A DNA stretch of 25,730 bases from Vulcanimicrobiota bacterium (GCA_963786105.1 CAWAXX010000015.1:1-25730), one strand, 5' to 3'. Counted from the stretch's first letter, positions 1-8,978 are shown. The notes: generated by a model from the sequence alone, not told the origin. Numbers and translations: made by a program.

Positions 1-7
1 CCCCTTC

Positions 8-1357
8 GTGACGATGCGTGCCGTTTTGGTGGCGATGTCGGTCGCGCTTGCAGCCGCGACGCCCGCGACGGTGCGTTCGAGCGACGAACTGCCCGCGCCG
101 ATCGTCGAGAATCTCAACACTACGACGATCGTGCGGCAATCCGACCCACGCTCGTCGCTCGTCGGCGTCGTAATCGTCGTACGCGCCGGGCTCGATCGCC
201 AAACGATGAAGCAAAACGGCCTCGCCGCACTGGTCGCGCAAACGATTTTGCGCACGCCGGTGACGCTGCCTTCGAAGTCCCAGGCGGCGACGATGCCGCT
301 CGAGCAAGCCGTTGCGGCCAACGGCGGCTCGGTGCGCTTCTCCGTCGATCCTGGCGACGTTCGCTTTTACGTCGAGGCGTTGGCAGCCGACGCGCCGGCG
401 GCCGTGGCGATGATGCGGCAGGCGCTGAGCGCACCCGACTTCAGCCCGGCGACCGTGCGCGAAGCGCGCGCGGCGCTGATGCGCGAACTCGCACAATCCC
501 AGCAATATTCGCAGTACGCGCTGCAGGTCGGACTCGACATGCTCAACCAAGCCTCTTCGACCGAAGCGAACGCAGGCTTGCCGTCGTTGGGCACGGCGGC
601 TTCGCTCGCCCAACTGGTTCCTTCCGACGCGGCGGCGTTTTATCGTACGTACTATCGCCGCGGTGGAGCGTTCGTCAGCGCGGCCGGACGGCTCGACTCA
701 CTCGACGGCACCGCGCTCTCGTCGCTTGCCGACGCATTGCCCGAGGGCACCACGTCTGCCGTAACCGTGCGCGTTCCACCGCTGCACGGCATCTCGCGAG
801 AGATCGTCGCGCACCGCGACGTAGCGTCGCCTTGGCTCATCGCCCAGTATCCCGCACCCGGTGTCGAGAGCCGAGATTTTGGTCCGATGCTCGTGCTGGC
901 GGCCTTCGTGCGTCGAACGCTTGCGGAGATCGCCCAAGTCCCCGGCGTCGTTTCGCCGACGTTTGCCTCGCGTGCGGTGGGCGCCGACTACTCGTACGAT
1001 CGCGCGCCCGCCCATCTCGTGTTGTACGTCAACGGGGGCATCGGGAATCCCAGCCGGGCTTTTGCCACGGCGCTCTCGATCGTCAACGTGCTGGCGGCAA
1101 CGCGCTTGCAGGGTTCCATCGACGAGTTTAAAGCGGAGGCCGCGGGCGATTTCGCCACCGGAGCGACGACGCTCGAGACGCGCGCCTGGCTGGCGGCGGT
1201 ATTCGCCCAAGGCAGCGACTCGCCCGATTTCCTCGGCCGCGCCCTGCGCGCCATTTCCGCGACAACGCCTGAGGACGTGCAGCGCGTGGCGCGCGCCTAC
1301 CTCGGCAATCCGACGATCGCGCTGGTTCTGCCGCGCGACGCAAACCCTCAAAACTGA
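8..1357 (+). CDS. Secreted M16 (insulinase/pitrilysin) family peptidase-like protein, probably non-catalytic
   Basis: 449-aa ORF with an N-terminal signal-peptide-like segment. M16-like segments include 'VVVRAG..NGLAALVAQTIL', 'FYRTYY' and the C-terminal 'ISATTPEDVQRVARAYL'. The HxxEH zinc motif is absent. Confidence 0.75.
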   Translation: MTMRAVLVAMSVALAAATPATVRSSDELPAPIVENLNTTTIVRQSDPRSSLVGVVIVVRAGLDRQTMKQNGLAALVAQTILRTPVTLPSKSQAATMPLEQAVAANGGSVRFSVDPGDVRFYVEALAADAPAAVAMMRQALSAPDFSPATVREARAALMRELAQSQQYSQYALQVGLDMLNQASSTEANAGLPSLGTAASLAQLVPSDAAAFYRTYYRRGGAFVSAAGRLDSLDGTALSSLADALPEGTTSAVTVRVPPLHGISREIVAHRDVASPWLIAQYPAPGVESRDFGPMLVLAAFVRRTLAEIAQVPGVVSPTFASRAVGADYSYDRAPAHLVLYVNGGIGNPSRAFATALSIVNVLAATRLQGSIDEFKAEAAGDFATGATTLETRAWLAAVFAQGSDSPDFLGRALRAISATTPEDVQRVARAYLGNPTIALVLPRDANPQN

Positions 1358-1417
1358 GGAAGCGCAGATTTATCCCCGGCCCTCGCTTCCTGGATTTGGA
1401 ATAAATCAGAGCTTCCT
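1357..1417. repeat. Short palindromic element, an internally deleted relative of the 17230-17327 element
   Basis: Arms aggaagcgcagatttatccc and ggaataaatcagagcttcct are imperfect inverted repeats. It shares gatttatccc and a 24/30-nt identical block with the element at 17230-17327. Confidence 0.7.
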
Positions 1418-2521
1418 TTGAACGTGGCGCTCGTTCATGACTATTTGAATCAACGCGGCGGCGCCGAACGCGTCTTTGCGAGAATCGCGCAAGCGTGGCC
1501 GGATGCGCCGGTGTACACGGCCCTCTACGACGAACGCCTAACGGGGGATTTCGTGGCGCCGGGCAGGGTGCGCGCGTCGTATCTCGCGCGCGTCCCGTTT
1601 TCAAATCGCTATTTTCGTGCGCTCGCGCCGCTCTATCCGCGCGCTTTCGAAGCGTTCGACTTTACCGGATACGATACGATCGTGAGCTCCACGACGGCGT
1701 GGGCGAAAGGCGTGATCGTTCCTCCGGGGAGCGTGCACGTCTGCTACATCAACACCGTCAGCCGCTTTGCCTTCGCCTACGACGATTACGTCGGGGGATT
1801 AGGGCGCGCTCGCGGCGGCGCGATGTTCCCGCGTCTCGCTCGCCCGTTGGTCGACCGGCTCGTCGCGTGGGACCGCGTCGCAGCGCAACGTCCAACGGCC
1901 TTCGTCGCCAACTCGCGCAACGTCGCCCGGAGGATTCGCGCGTTTTACGGGCGCGATTCGGAAGTGCTGCACTGCCCGGTCGACGTCGATCGTTTCACGA
2001 TCGGCAGCGGGAGCGGCGACTACTTCATCATCGCGTCACGGCTGCTGCCGTACAAGCGCGTCGAGCTCGCGATCGAGGCCGCACGCCTCGCCGGCATGAA
2101 ACTGCTGGTAGCCGGGACCGGCCCGGCGGAGCACGACTTGCGCATCCGCGCGCGCGGCACGACCACGACGATGCTCGGATACGTGGACGACGCGCGTATG
2201 AACGCGTTGCTCGGTGACGCCCGCGCAGCCATCGTTGCGGGGGAAGAAGATTTCGGTCTACTTCCCCTGGAAGCCGCCGCCGCCGGACGTCCCACTATCG
2301 CGTTTCGCGCGGGAGGCGCGCTAGAGACGATCGTCGACGGGACGACCGGTGCATTTTTCGACGAACCGTCGCCGGAATCGCTGGCTCGCGCTTTGCGCGA
2401 TTTCGAGCCGGCGGCGTACGACGCGTCAGAACTGCGGGCGCACGCCGAGACGTTCGCGCCCGCCCGTTTTATCGATCGGTTGCGCGCGATCGTCGACCGA
2501 GTGCGCGCCCACGGGCGATAG
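1418..2521 (+). CDS. GT4 family glycosyltransferase (WbaZ-like mannosyltransferase)
   Basis: Motifs 'VALVHDYLNQRGGAERV', 'SRLLPYKRVELAI' and 'EEDFGLLPLEAAAAGRP' (ExFG-x4-E). TTG start. Confidence 0.92.
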   Translation: MNVALVHDYLNQRGGAERVFARIAQAWPDAPVYTALYDERLTGDFVAPGRVRASYLARVPFSNRYFRALAPLYPRAFEAFDFTGYDTIVSSTTAWAKGVIVPPGSVHVCYINTVSRFAFAYDDYVGGLGRARGGAMFPRLARPLVDRLVAWDRVAAQRPTAFVANSRNVARRIRAFYGRDSEVLHCPVDVDRFTIGSGSGDYFIIASRLLPYKRVELAIEAARLAGMKLLVAGTGPAEHDLRIRARGTTTTMLGYVDDARMNALLGDARAAIVAGEEDFGLLPLEAAAAGRPTIAFRAGGALETIVDGTTGAFFDEPSPESLARALRDFEPAAYDASELRAHAETFAPARFIDRLRAIVDRVRAHGR

Positions 2522-2543
2522 AGCGCTGGTGCGATTCGACGGG

Positions 2544-3782
2544 ATGCGGCCGCTATATTGGGCGATCGTAGCCTTCGTCGTCGTATACGTCGCGTACGAT
2601 TTGAATCGTCTCTACGCGCTCCGCTATGGTGCCGACCTCGGAACGTACCTGCAGACGCTGGTCAACTTGCGTGGCGGCTCGTCGTGGAACTTCGGTGAAT
2701 GGCGGCCGCATTTTCAGGTGCACGATTCGTGGGTGCTCGCCGCTCTCGTCCCCTTGATCGCGCTGGTTCCGCGCGCCGAGACGCTCATCGCCGTGCAAGT
2801 ACTGGCGGTTGCGCTGGCGGCGATCCCGCTCGCATGGTTCGCGCGCGAGATCGGCGTATCGCCACGCGCCTCCGCGGTGCTCGGAATCGCCTACTTGCTG
2901 ACGCCCTCCGCGCAGGGAATTGCATACGACAATTTCTCGGAAAACGTCTTCGTGCCGCTGTTCGTTTTTTGTGGAGCGCTCGCGGTGAGGAAGCGCGCGC
3001 TCTTGCCGGCTTTGACGTTTGGGCTGCTGCTGCTCGGGCTCAAGGAAGACGAGGTTTTGTTCGTCGGATGGTTCGGGGCGGCGTGCGCGCTCTGGTGGGA
3101 TCGCCGCATCGGCGTTGCCTTGGTGCTGCTCTCGTCGATCAACGCCGCCGCGTACTGGGGCATCGAAAGGATGTACGGCGTTCGTCCAAACGACCCGCCG
3201 TATGGGTTGGCCGTGCACGACGTTAGCGGCAAGTTCACACTGGTGTCGCTCCTCCTCGCTCCGTTTGCGTTCGCGCCGGTCGCCGTCGGACGATGGCTGC
3301 TGCTGGCGACCCCGTTGCTCGTCGAAATCGTCTTCATGCAACCGTGGAATTACGAGCCGAGTCGGATCGGCTCGCACTACACCGCGCCGCTCTTGTCGGC
3401 CGCGGCGATTGCTGCGGCCTTTGGATTGCGGCGGTTTCCGAGGTTTGCGCGCGCGATGATTCCGTTCGCGCTCGTCGTCACGCTGCTGATCTTCACCGAC
3501 ACCGCGGTGCGTCCCGGGCGTTGGCCGTATATCGTCGATTGGCCCGCATACGCCCGGGCGGTGGCCGTGCGCGACGGGAACGCCGCGGTGACGCTACCCC
3601 GTCGCGACGAAGGCGTATGGGCGGTGGCGGCCGTGAATCCTGCGGTCCGCCTCGATCCCCATCCCGATCCGAATTTCGTCGCGTGTCCGGCGTACGACAC
3701 CGACGCACGCGCCTTCTTTGCGAGCTTGGCGGGACGAATGCCGGCAGCGCTCTGCGGCGGCGTTCCGGTGCCGGCGAAATGA
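2544..3782 (+). CDS. DUF2079-like polytopic membrane protein (putative GT-C fold glycosyltransferase)
   Basis: Many hydrophobic helices, with 'DLGTYLQTL', 'HFQVHDS', 'NFSEN', 'LLGLKED' and 'HYTAPL' resembling DUF2079. Start is ATG 2544 or GTG 2529. Confidence 0.72.
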   Translation: MRPLYWAIVAFVVVYVAYDLNRLYALRYGADLGTYLQTLVNLRGGSSWNFGEWRPHFQVHDSWVLAALVPLIALVPRAETLIAVQVLAVALAAIPLAWFAREIGVSPRASAVLGIAYLLTPSAQGIAYDNFSENVFVPLFVFCGALAVRKRALLPALTFGLLLLGLKEDEVLFVGWFGAACALWWDRRIGVALVLLSSINAAAYWGIERMYGVRPNDPPYGLAVHDVSGKFTLVSLLLAPFAFAPVAVGRWLLLATPLLVEIVFMQPWNYEPSRIGSHYTAPLLSAAAIAAAFGLRRFPRFARAMIPFALVVTLLIFTDTAVRPGRWPYIVDWPAYARAVAVRDGNAAVTLPRRDEGVWAVAAVNPAVRLDPHPDPNFVACPAYDTDARAFFASLAGRMPAALCGGVPVPAK

Positions 3783-4885
3783 CGTCCACGCCGTCGCGCC
3801 TGCACGTCGCACGGGCGATGCGTGAGGATCGCGGGCGCTTTGCGAGCGTGCGCGATTCACGCGTGTTGATCTACTGGCCGCACGGACTCGGCGATTGGAC
3901 GCATCTCGGCGCGATTGGGGGGCTGCTCGAACCGAGCAACCGCTACGCCATCGTGCGTTTTGGCGACGACTACGGCTGCATTATGGAAGGCAGTCCGCGT
4001 TTTCTGTCGCTTTCTAGCGGCGTGCGTTCGCCCGGTGACGGCGCCGCGCTCGGCGCCGCGCACCTCGGCGTCGAACGGCGCAGGCTCCGCGGCGGCCGCG
4101 TCGAGCTCGTGTTGCCGGCGCCGCTGGATTCTGCCGTGCGAGCGTTTGCGCCGGACGTGCTGCTCTGGACCGATTATCCTGAAACGGAGGGCCGTACCGC
4201 GTTTCCGTTTCATACCAAGGCGCGCAACTTGGCACGCTTGCTGGTGCGTAAGGAGCGGCTCGCGTCGTTCGATCTCGCACGCCCGCTAGCCAGTGCCATC
4301 GACTTTGCGCCGCCGGCGCGAACCCAGCAACGGCTTGACGAACGTCTGGCGGCGTTTGCGCCGCCGGGTACGCGGCTCGGCATCCTTTCGCGCGCCGGCG
4401 TTACGGCCGCGCGAAAGAACTGGGGCGACGAATCGGAAGCGCGCGCCTTCGTCGAGGCCATGCGTCGTGACGATAGCCGCTGGCGCTTTATTTCGATGGA
4501 CGACGAAGACGCCGGCGAAGGCGCAGCCGGCTTCCGCGAACTCTTCACCGGCCTGGACGAACCGTTCGCGCGGCTCTACAAAGCGCTGGCCGCTCGGGCG
4601 GCGTTACTCGTCGGCGTTCCGGCGGGCCCGCTGCACGTCGCCATGGCGCGCGGCGGTATACCGATAGTGGGCCTTTGGCTGGCTCATCATCCCGACTGGT
4701 ACGACGAACCGAATCCGTCGGCGGTTCATCTCGTTGGCCGTCACGTCCGCGACCGCGGCTTCGACCGCCGCCTCGCAACGACGACCAAGCCGCCATCCCT
4801 GAAGCATCGCCTGGAGTATCTCGAAACGCTCGGCATTCCCGCCGGTACCGTCGTCGAGGCGGCACATCAAGCTATGGGGAGCTAA
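3779..4885 (+). CDS. Divergent GT9 (heptosyltransferase-like) glycosyltransferase
   Basis: ATGA overlap with the upstream stop. 'HGLGDWTH', 'ARKNWG' and 'LLVGVPAGPLHVAMARGGIPIVGLW' resemble the GT9 motifs GD, KxW and DSGPMHLA. Confidence 0.6.
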   Translation: MTSTPSRLHVARAMREDRGRFASVRDSRVLIYWPHGLGDWTHLGAIGGLLEPSNRYAIVRFGDDYGCIMEGSPRFLSLSSGVRSPGDGAALGAAHLGVERRRLRGGRVELVLPAPLDSAVRAFAPDVLLWTDYPETEGRTAFPFHTKARNLARLLVRKERLASFDLARPLASAIDFAPPARTQQRLDERLAAFAPPGTRLGILSRAGVTAARKNWGDESEARAFVEAMRRDDSRWRFISMDDEDAGEGAAGFRELFTGLDEPFARLYKALAARAALLVGVPAGPLHVAMARGGIPIVGLWLAHHPDWYDEPNPSAVHLVGRHVRDRGFDRRLATTTKPPSLKHRLEYLETLGIPAGTVVEAAHQAMGS

Positions 4886-5630
4886 GCTTAGGAACGGCGA
4901 GTAGTGCGACGATTGAAAGCGCGTTAAAGAGTGCGTGAGAGATCATCGGCGCGACCGCATTACGCGTTCGGTAGTACACGAAACAAAGAACGACGCCGCC
5001 GAGCGCGAGCGGGAGCGCCTCGTAGACATCACCGTGGGCGAAGCCGAACAACACGGAGCTCGTCACGGTCCCGCCCCAGAATCCGCCGTAGCGCAGGCCG
5101 AAGTTGAAGAAGAACATGCGAAAAATCGTTTCTTCGGCAAACGGTGCAAAGACGACCGCAAACGCCGCGAAAATCGCGATGGTGAGCGGGTCGTGCAGCG
5201 CCTTGAAAATCTCCACGGTTTCCTGTTGGTGCTTGCTATGCGCTAAATAGTCGATCAGCGACGCGCTCCCGTCGGCGACGACCGCCATAAGCACCGCTCC
5301 GGCGACCGCAACTCCCAGCACTCCGGCGCTCGGGGCGCGCAGGCCGAGTTCGCGCAAGCTGAACTTCGACAAGCGCGGCAACGCATAAAGCAGGCCGGCT
5401 ACGAGGATCCCTTCGAGAAGAAACTGCAGGGCAATGGAGAGATCGATCACCACCGGGTTGATCGTGCGCATCGGCAGTGCGTTGGTGCCGCGGATACCGG
5501 CGGCAAACGCTCCGATGAGGAGCGCGGCGACGAGCGCGGCCAAGCACCACGCCCAAACGCTCCTGAAACTATCCTTCGGCCAGCGCGTCGGCCAAGCGGG
5601 CGAAATCGTCGAGATCGAGTCGTTCACCAC
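4872..5630 (-). CDS. CPBP family intramembrane glutamic endopeptidase (CAAX protease/Abi)
   Basis: Motifs 'APFAEETIFR', 'FGFAH' and 'SHALFN'; multiple TM helices. GTG start at 5630 or 5627 after GGAG, overlapping the rsmA 3' end. Confidence 0.9.
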   Translation of the reverse strand: MVNDSISTISPAWPTRWPKDSFRSVWAWCLAALVAALLIGAFAAGIRGTNALPMRTINPVVIDLSIALQFLLEGILVAGLLYALPRLSKFSLRELGLRAPSAGVLGVAVAGAVLMAVVADGSASLIDYLAHSKHQQETVEIFKALHDPLTIAIFAAFAVVFAPFAEETIFRMFFFNFGLRYGGFWGGTVTSSVLFGFAHGDVYEALPLALGGVVLCFVYYRTRNAVAPMISHALFNALSIVALLAVPKLSSP

Positions 5631-6415
5631 GTAGCTCCGGAGAGAGGCTGCTGGCCGCGACCGCCCGCGCGACGGCCGAATGCGGCATATCGAGCGCAAG
5701 TGCGAGGCTGTTAACGAGCGTCTTGCGCCGGTACGCGAACGCACCGCGAACGACCTTCCGAAAGAGCGCGAGGTCGCGCGGCGCGACCGCAGGCTTCTCG
5801 CGGCGAATTATCCGAACGAGTGTCGACCGTACTTTTGGGGACGGATAAAACGCGCCCGGTCCGAGCGTAAACGCGCGCTCGACGTGGTGCGCGTATTGCA
5901 CCGCCACCGAAAGACTCCCGTACGAAGAAGTACCGGGCGCCGCGACCAGGCGATCGGCGACGTCCTTTTGCACCATAACGGTGAGCGACTCGGGACCGTG
6001 CGACATCTCCGCGAACCCGACGACCAGCGCCGTCGCGACATTGTACGGCAGATTGCCCGCAACGCGCCATGGCGCGCCTTGCGACCAGCTCGCGTAGTCG
6101 AATTCCAGCGCATCGCTCTGCACGATCTCCGCGGATCGCGAGATCTTCGCGCGAGCGCAGTAGCGCTACCAAATCGGGATCGATCTCGAGCGCGGTCAGT
6201 TCGGCGCCGGCTTCGAGCAACGCCTGCGTAAGCGCGCCGGTGCCGGCTCCGATCTCGATAACGCGCGCGCGGCCGTGCGCGTCGCCGGAAGAAACGCACA
6301 GCCGCGCGATGCGCTGTGCGGCCGTTGGATCGACGAGGAAGTTCTGCCCGTAGCGTTTACGGGGACGCAGCCCCCAGCGCGCGAGCAGCGCGCGCGGGTG
6401 GGCGGAAGCGGTCAC
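5569..6415 (-). CDS. rsmA: 16S rRNA m6,2A dimethyltransferase RsmA/KsgA, split by an apparent +1 frameshift near 6135-6140
   Basis: The N-terminal half ('GQNFL', 'IEIGAGTGALT', 'EIDPDL') is in the 5711..6640 frame. The C-terminal half ('AGNLPYNV', 'MVQKDVADRL', 'FYPSPKVRS', 'RRKTL') is in the 5569..6123 frame. The span is 847 nt (3n+1). Confidence 0.9.
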
Positions 6416-7461
6416 TTCAAGCGGTAAACGGTTACTTCGCGCCGGCCGAAGAGCATCGCTTCGCGCAACGAGTTGAATCCCAAGTCGATGCGAAGACCGT
6501 GAATCGCCCCTCCGGTATCGCCGGCGACGGCCGCGCCGTACCCGGGAATGTACAACCGCGTGCCCAACGGAATGACGCGCGGATCGACGGCGACGATTCC
6601 GTGACCGGCCGGCCGACCGATCGCCGTGATGCCGCCGCAACCGGCGCAGGCCGCAGTATACGCGGTTGCGACCATTTGCATCGCACTTGCCGCGACGTAC
6701 GCCATGTGGGCGACGCCGCGCTCTTCAAAACGCGCGAACTCTCGATATTCGACCGCGCCGACGGCCACGATGCGCGAACGCGGCGCGCGCGTCACGTGCG
6801 AGGCGACCACCCAGCGTTGCACGGTTCCGTCGTCACCCCGGGTGTAACGTACGATGACGTCGCGCTCGCCGGGAGCGCCTTGCGAAATCGTCTTGGTCGC
6901 TCCGGGCCGTAACAAATAGTCGAATTGACGAACCGTTTTTGCGGGCAGGACGTGCTTTTCGTCGCGCATCCACGTGTTAACGCGATCGATGCGCACGAGG
7001 CCGTTTGCCGGCAGCGCGTCGGCCACTGCCGGTTGGACGACGTCGCCCGGAGCGAGACGGAGATGCTGCTCGTCGAGAAGTGCGCCGACGCTTTGCGCGG
7101 ACGTCGACGCTGAAATAGTTTCGCTACCATTTTGAATGGTTACGGCTACCGCGGCGCGATAGGTGACGACCAGTCCGTCGGAAAGCGGTACGTCGATTGC
7201 CGGATCGACGAAATCGTGAGCGCCGACGGTCACGTCGTGCTCGCGAAGAAACTCGCCGACGGTCGCGGCGCCGCTTACCTGCTGCGTCACCGTGCCGTTC
7301 GATTCGAACGTGATCGTATGGGTAGCCCGAACTTGCGGGGCGTCGTTGGTGGCTGCGAGCGCCGACGCCGGGTGAATCCCGAAGCTGGCGCACACGAGGA
7401 CGGCAGTCAGCATGCCGACGCCGAGAACGTGGGTTAAACGAAGGGGGCCGCGTCCGATCAA
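6412..7461 (-). CDS. YabE/RpfB-like cell-wall protein (DUF348 repeats + G5 + 3D domain)
   Basis: N-terminal hydrophobic segment, two DUF348-like repeats ('TVGEFLREHDVTV..D.V.P'), a G5-like region, and a 3D domain ('ATAY..GITAIG..IVAVDPRVIPLGT..A.DTGGAI.G.RIDL'). Likely TTG start 7461 after AAAGGA. GTGA overlap with rsmA. Confidence 0.9.
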   Translation of the reverse strand: MIGRGPLRLTHVLGVGMLTAVLVCASFGIHPASALAATNDAPQVRATHTITFESNGTVTQQVSGAATVGEFLREHDVTVGAHDFVDPAIDVPLSDGLVVTYRAAVAVTIQNGSETISASTSAQSVGALLDEQHLRLAPGDVVQPAVADALPANGLVRIDRVNTWMRDEKHVLPAKTVRQFDYLLRPGATKTISQGAPGERDVIVRYTRGDDGTVQRWVVASHVTRAPRSRIVAVGAVEYREFARFEERGVAHMAYVAASAMQMVATAYTAACAGCGGITAIGRPAGHGIVAVDPRVIPLGTRLYIPGYGAAVAGDTGGAIHGLRIDLGFNSLREAMLFGRREVTVYRLK

Positions 7462-7700
7462 GTTCGGATTTCCTTTCACTCTCGACCCGTCACGAGGTTC
7501 GTTTGCACACCGAGCAAGCCGACGAACGACGGAGACTGAGCCGCACTGCGCGCGGATCCGAAGAAAGTCTCTTGGAAACGGCAACGTGGAAGGCCGGGTG
7601 CCGAGGCTCCGCGGAGCCCCTGGCATGTTCGACGTTCCTAGCGAACCGGTCGACGACCGCGTTCGCGGGCTGCCAAATTCGGCAGCCGGGTCTGACCCGG
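7462..7700 (-). promoter_or_regulatory. Long structured 5' leader of the yabE-rsmA operon (candidate cis-regulatory RNA)
   Basis: About 235 nt between the predicted promoter and the start codon, with consecutive hairpins at 7668-7687, 7657-7668 and 7599-7625. Confidence 0.5.
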
Positions 7701-7702
7701 GC

Positions 7703-7732
7703 AATATAGCACGGCCAGCGAAACCACGGCAA
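7703..7732 (-). promoter_or_regulatory. Sigma70-type promoter for yabE-rsmA-CPBP
   Basis: On the minus strand: TTGCCG, 18 nt, TATATT, with an extended -10 TG. Confidence 0.6.
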
Positions 7733-7797
7733 ATGCCGAAAGTAGCATTTTGGCAGGAGCTCCCTCCTTTTAGTGCCCTCAAACGCCTAAGGAGCCC

Positions 7798-8958
7798 ATG
7801 CGCGTCGGATTTTTCACCGAGGTCTACCGTCCGGTAGTCAACGGCGTGGTCGCGTCGATCGATACGCTCGCCGAAGGGTTGCGCGATCGCGGTCATCAGG
7901 TGTACTGTTTCGCGCCGCGCGTGCCGGGCTACGACGAAGCCGACGGTCCGGTGTTTCGAATGCCGTCGCTGCCGTTGCCGACGCGCACTCCATACCGCTT
8001 GACGCTGCCGCTGGTCAGCCGGCGCAACCTCAACACGGTCATCAAGCGCCTTTCACTGGTGCACGTGCATTCGCCGTTCGTCACCGGGTGGATGGGCCTG
8101 CGGTACGCGCGCCGCTACGGCATGCCGCTGGTGTACACGTACCACACGCAACTCGAGGCGTACGCTCACTACGTGCCGTTCGAACCCAACGCGACGCGCT
8201 ACGCGGCATCGCAGTTGACGCGAGCTTTTGCGAACTCGGCGGATGCGGTCGTGGTGCCGACGCCGGCGATGGCCACGCGGTTGCGCGAACTTGGCGTCGG
8301 CGTGCGCATCGAAGTCGTGCCGAGTGCGATCGACGTGACCGCGTTTGGAGCGGGAAGTCGCGACGACGCGTTGCGAGCCTTCGCGGGCGCCGGGCCGAGC
8401 GACCGTTTGGCGTTGTGCGTGTCGCGGCTTGCGAAGGAAAAGAATCTGGAACTGCTCGTGGACGCCATGGCCATCGCCGCCGATCCTTCGCTGCGGCTGG
8501 TGTTCGCGGGCGACGGGCCCGCACGGGAAGCGCTGGAGGAGCGCGCGCGACAGTGCGGCGTCGGAGCGCGCACGCGCTTCCTCGGGATCGTCGCGCGCGA
8601 GCAGTTGCCGGATCTGTACGCCAGCTGCGATGCCTTCTGTATGCCGAGCACTACCGAGACGCAAGGTCTGGTTCTCGCGGAAGCGTTGGCGGCCGGTGCC
8701 AACGTGATTGCCGCGGATGCTCCCCAAAATCGCGACGTACTCGGCTTTGCGGGGCAGGTCGTCCCCGGGACGGCCCACGCTTTCGCCGGTGCACTCCGCG
8801 CGGTTCCCCCGATTGCCGACCAAGCGTCGGCGACGACTGCGCGGCTGGCGGCCCAGCGGTTCAGGGTGGAGGCTCAGGTCGACCGGATGGTTGCCCTCTA
8901 TCAGGAGCTCTTGAGGGCCATCAGGGTTCCCTTGACAGCGAACGTACGTTCGCCATAG
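7798..8958 (+). CDS. GT4 glycosyltransferase (1,2-diacylglycerol 3-glucosyltransferase/UGDG-like)
   Basis: Motifs 'FTEVYRPVVNGV', 'HVHSPF', 'YTYHT', 'SRLAKEKN' and 'ETQGLVLAEA'. AAGGAG RBS before the ATG. Confidence 0.92.
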   Translation: MRVGFFTEVYRPVVNGVVASIDTLAEGLRDRGHQVYCFAPRVPGYDEADGPVFRMPSLPLPTRTPYRLTLPLVSRRNLNTVIKRLSLVHVHSPFVTGWMGLRYARRYGMPLVYTYHTQLEAYAHYVPFEPNATRYAASQLTRAFANSADAVVVPTPAMATRLRELGVGVRIEVVPSAIDVTAFGAGSRDDALRAFAGAGPSDRLALCVSRLAKEKNLELLVDAMAIAADPSLRLVFAGDGPAREALEERARQCGVGARTRFLGIVAREQLPDLYASCDAFCMPSTTETQGLVLAEALAAGANVIAADAPQNRDVLGFAGQVVPGTAHAFAGALRAVPPIADQASATTARLAAQRFRVEAQVDRMVALYQELLRAIRVPLTANVRSP

Positions 8959-8961
8959 AAT
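8932..8961 (+). promoter_or_regulatory. Sigma70 promoter with a LexA (SOS/Cheo) box in the spacer
   Basis: TTGACA (8932-8937) and TAGAAT (8956-8961) flank the perfect palindrome GCGAACGTACGTTCGC (8938-8953), which matches CGAAC-N4-GTTCG. Confidence 0.85.
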
Positions 8962-8978
8962 TGGGGAAGGATAGAGTG

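Noticed and set aside
4872..5630. CPBP/Abi protein as a phage-defence system
   Set aside because: Housekeeping context with no defence-island neighbours; the family name alone is not evidence.
7480..7690. Canonical c-di-AMP (ydaO) riboswitch
   Set aside because: Only fragments match. The GGGGGAACC, GGGUGAAUC and CCGUCAGCU blocks are not present, so it is not called as a feature.
7462..7896. 145-aa N-terminal extension of the YabE-like ORF
   Set aside because: It overlaps the divergent GT4 gene and the promoter. An RBS and signal-like segment point to a start near 7461.
8088..8978. Long alternative-frame and antisense ORFs (e.g. 8088.., 17999..19093, 20226..21422, 24260..25174)
   Set aside because: Arg/Ala-rich shadow ORFs expected in high-GC DNA; they overlap well-supported genes.
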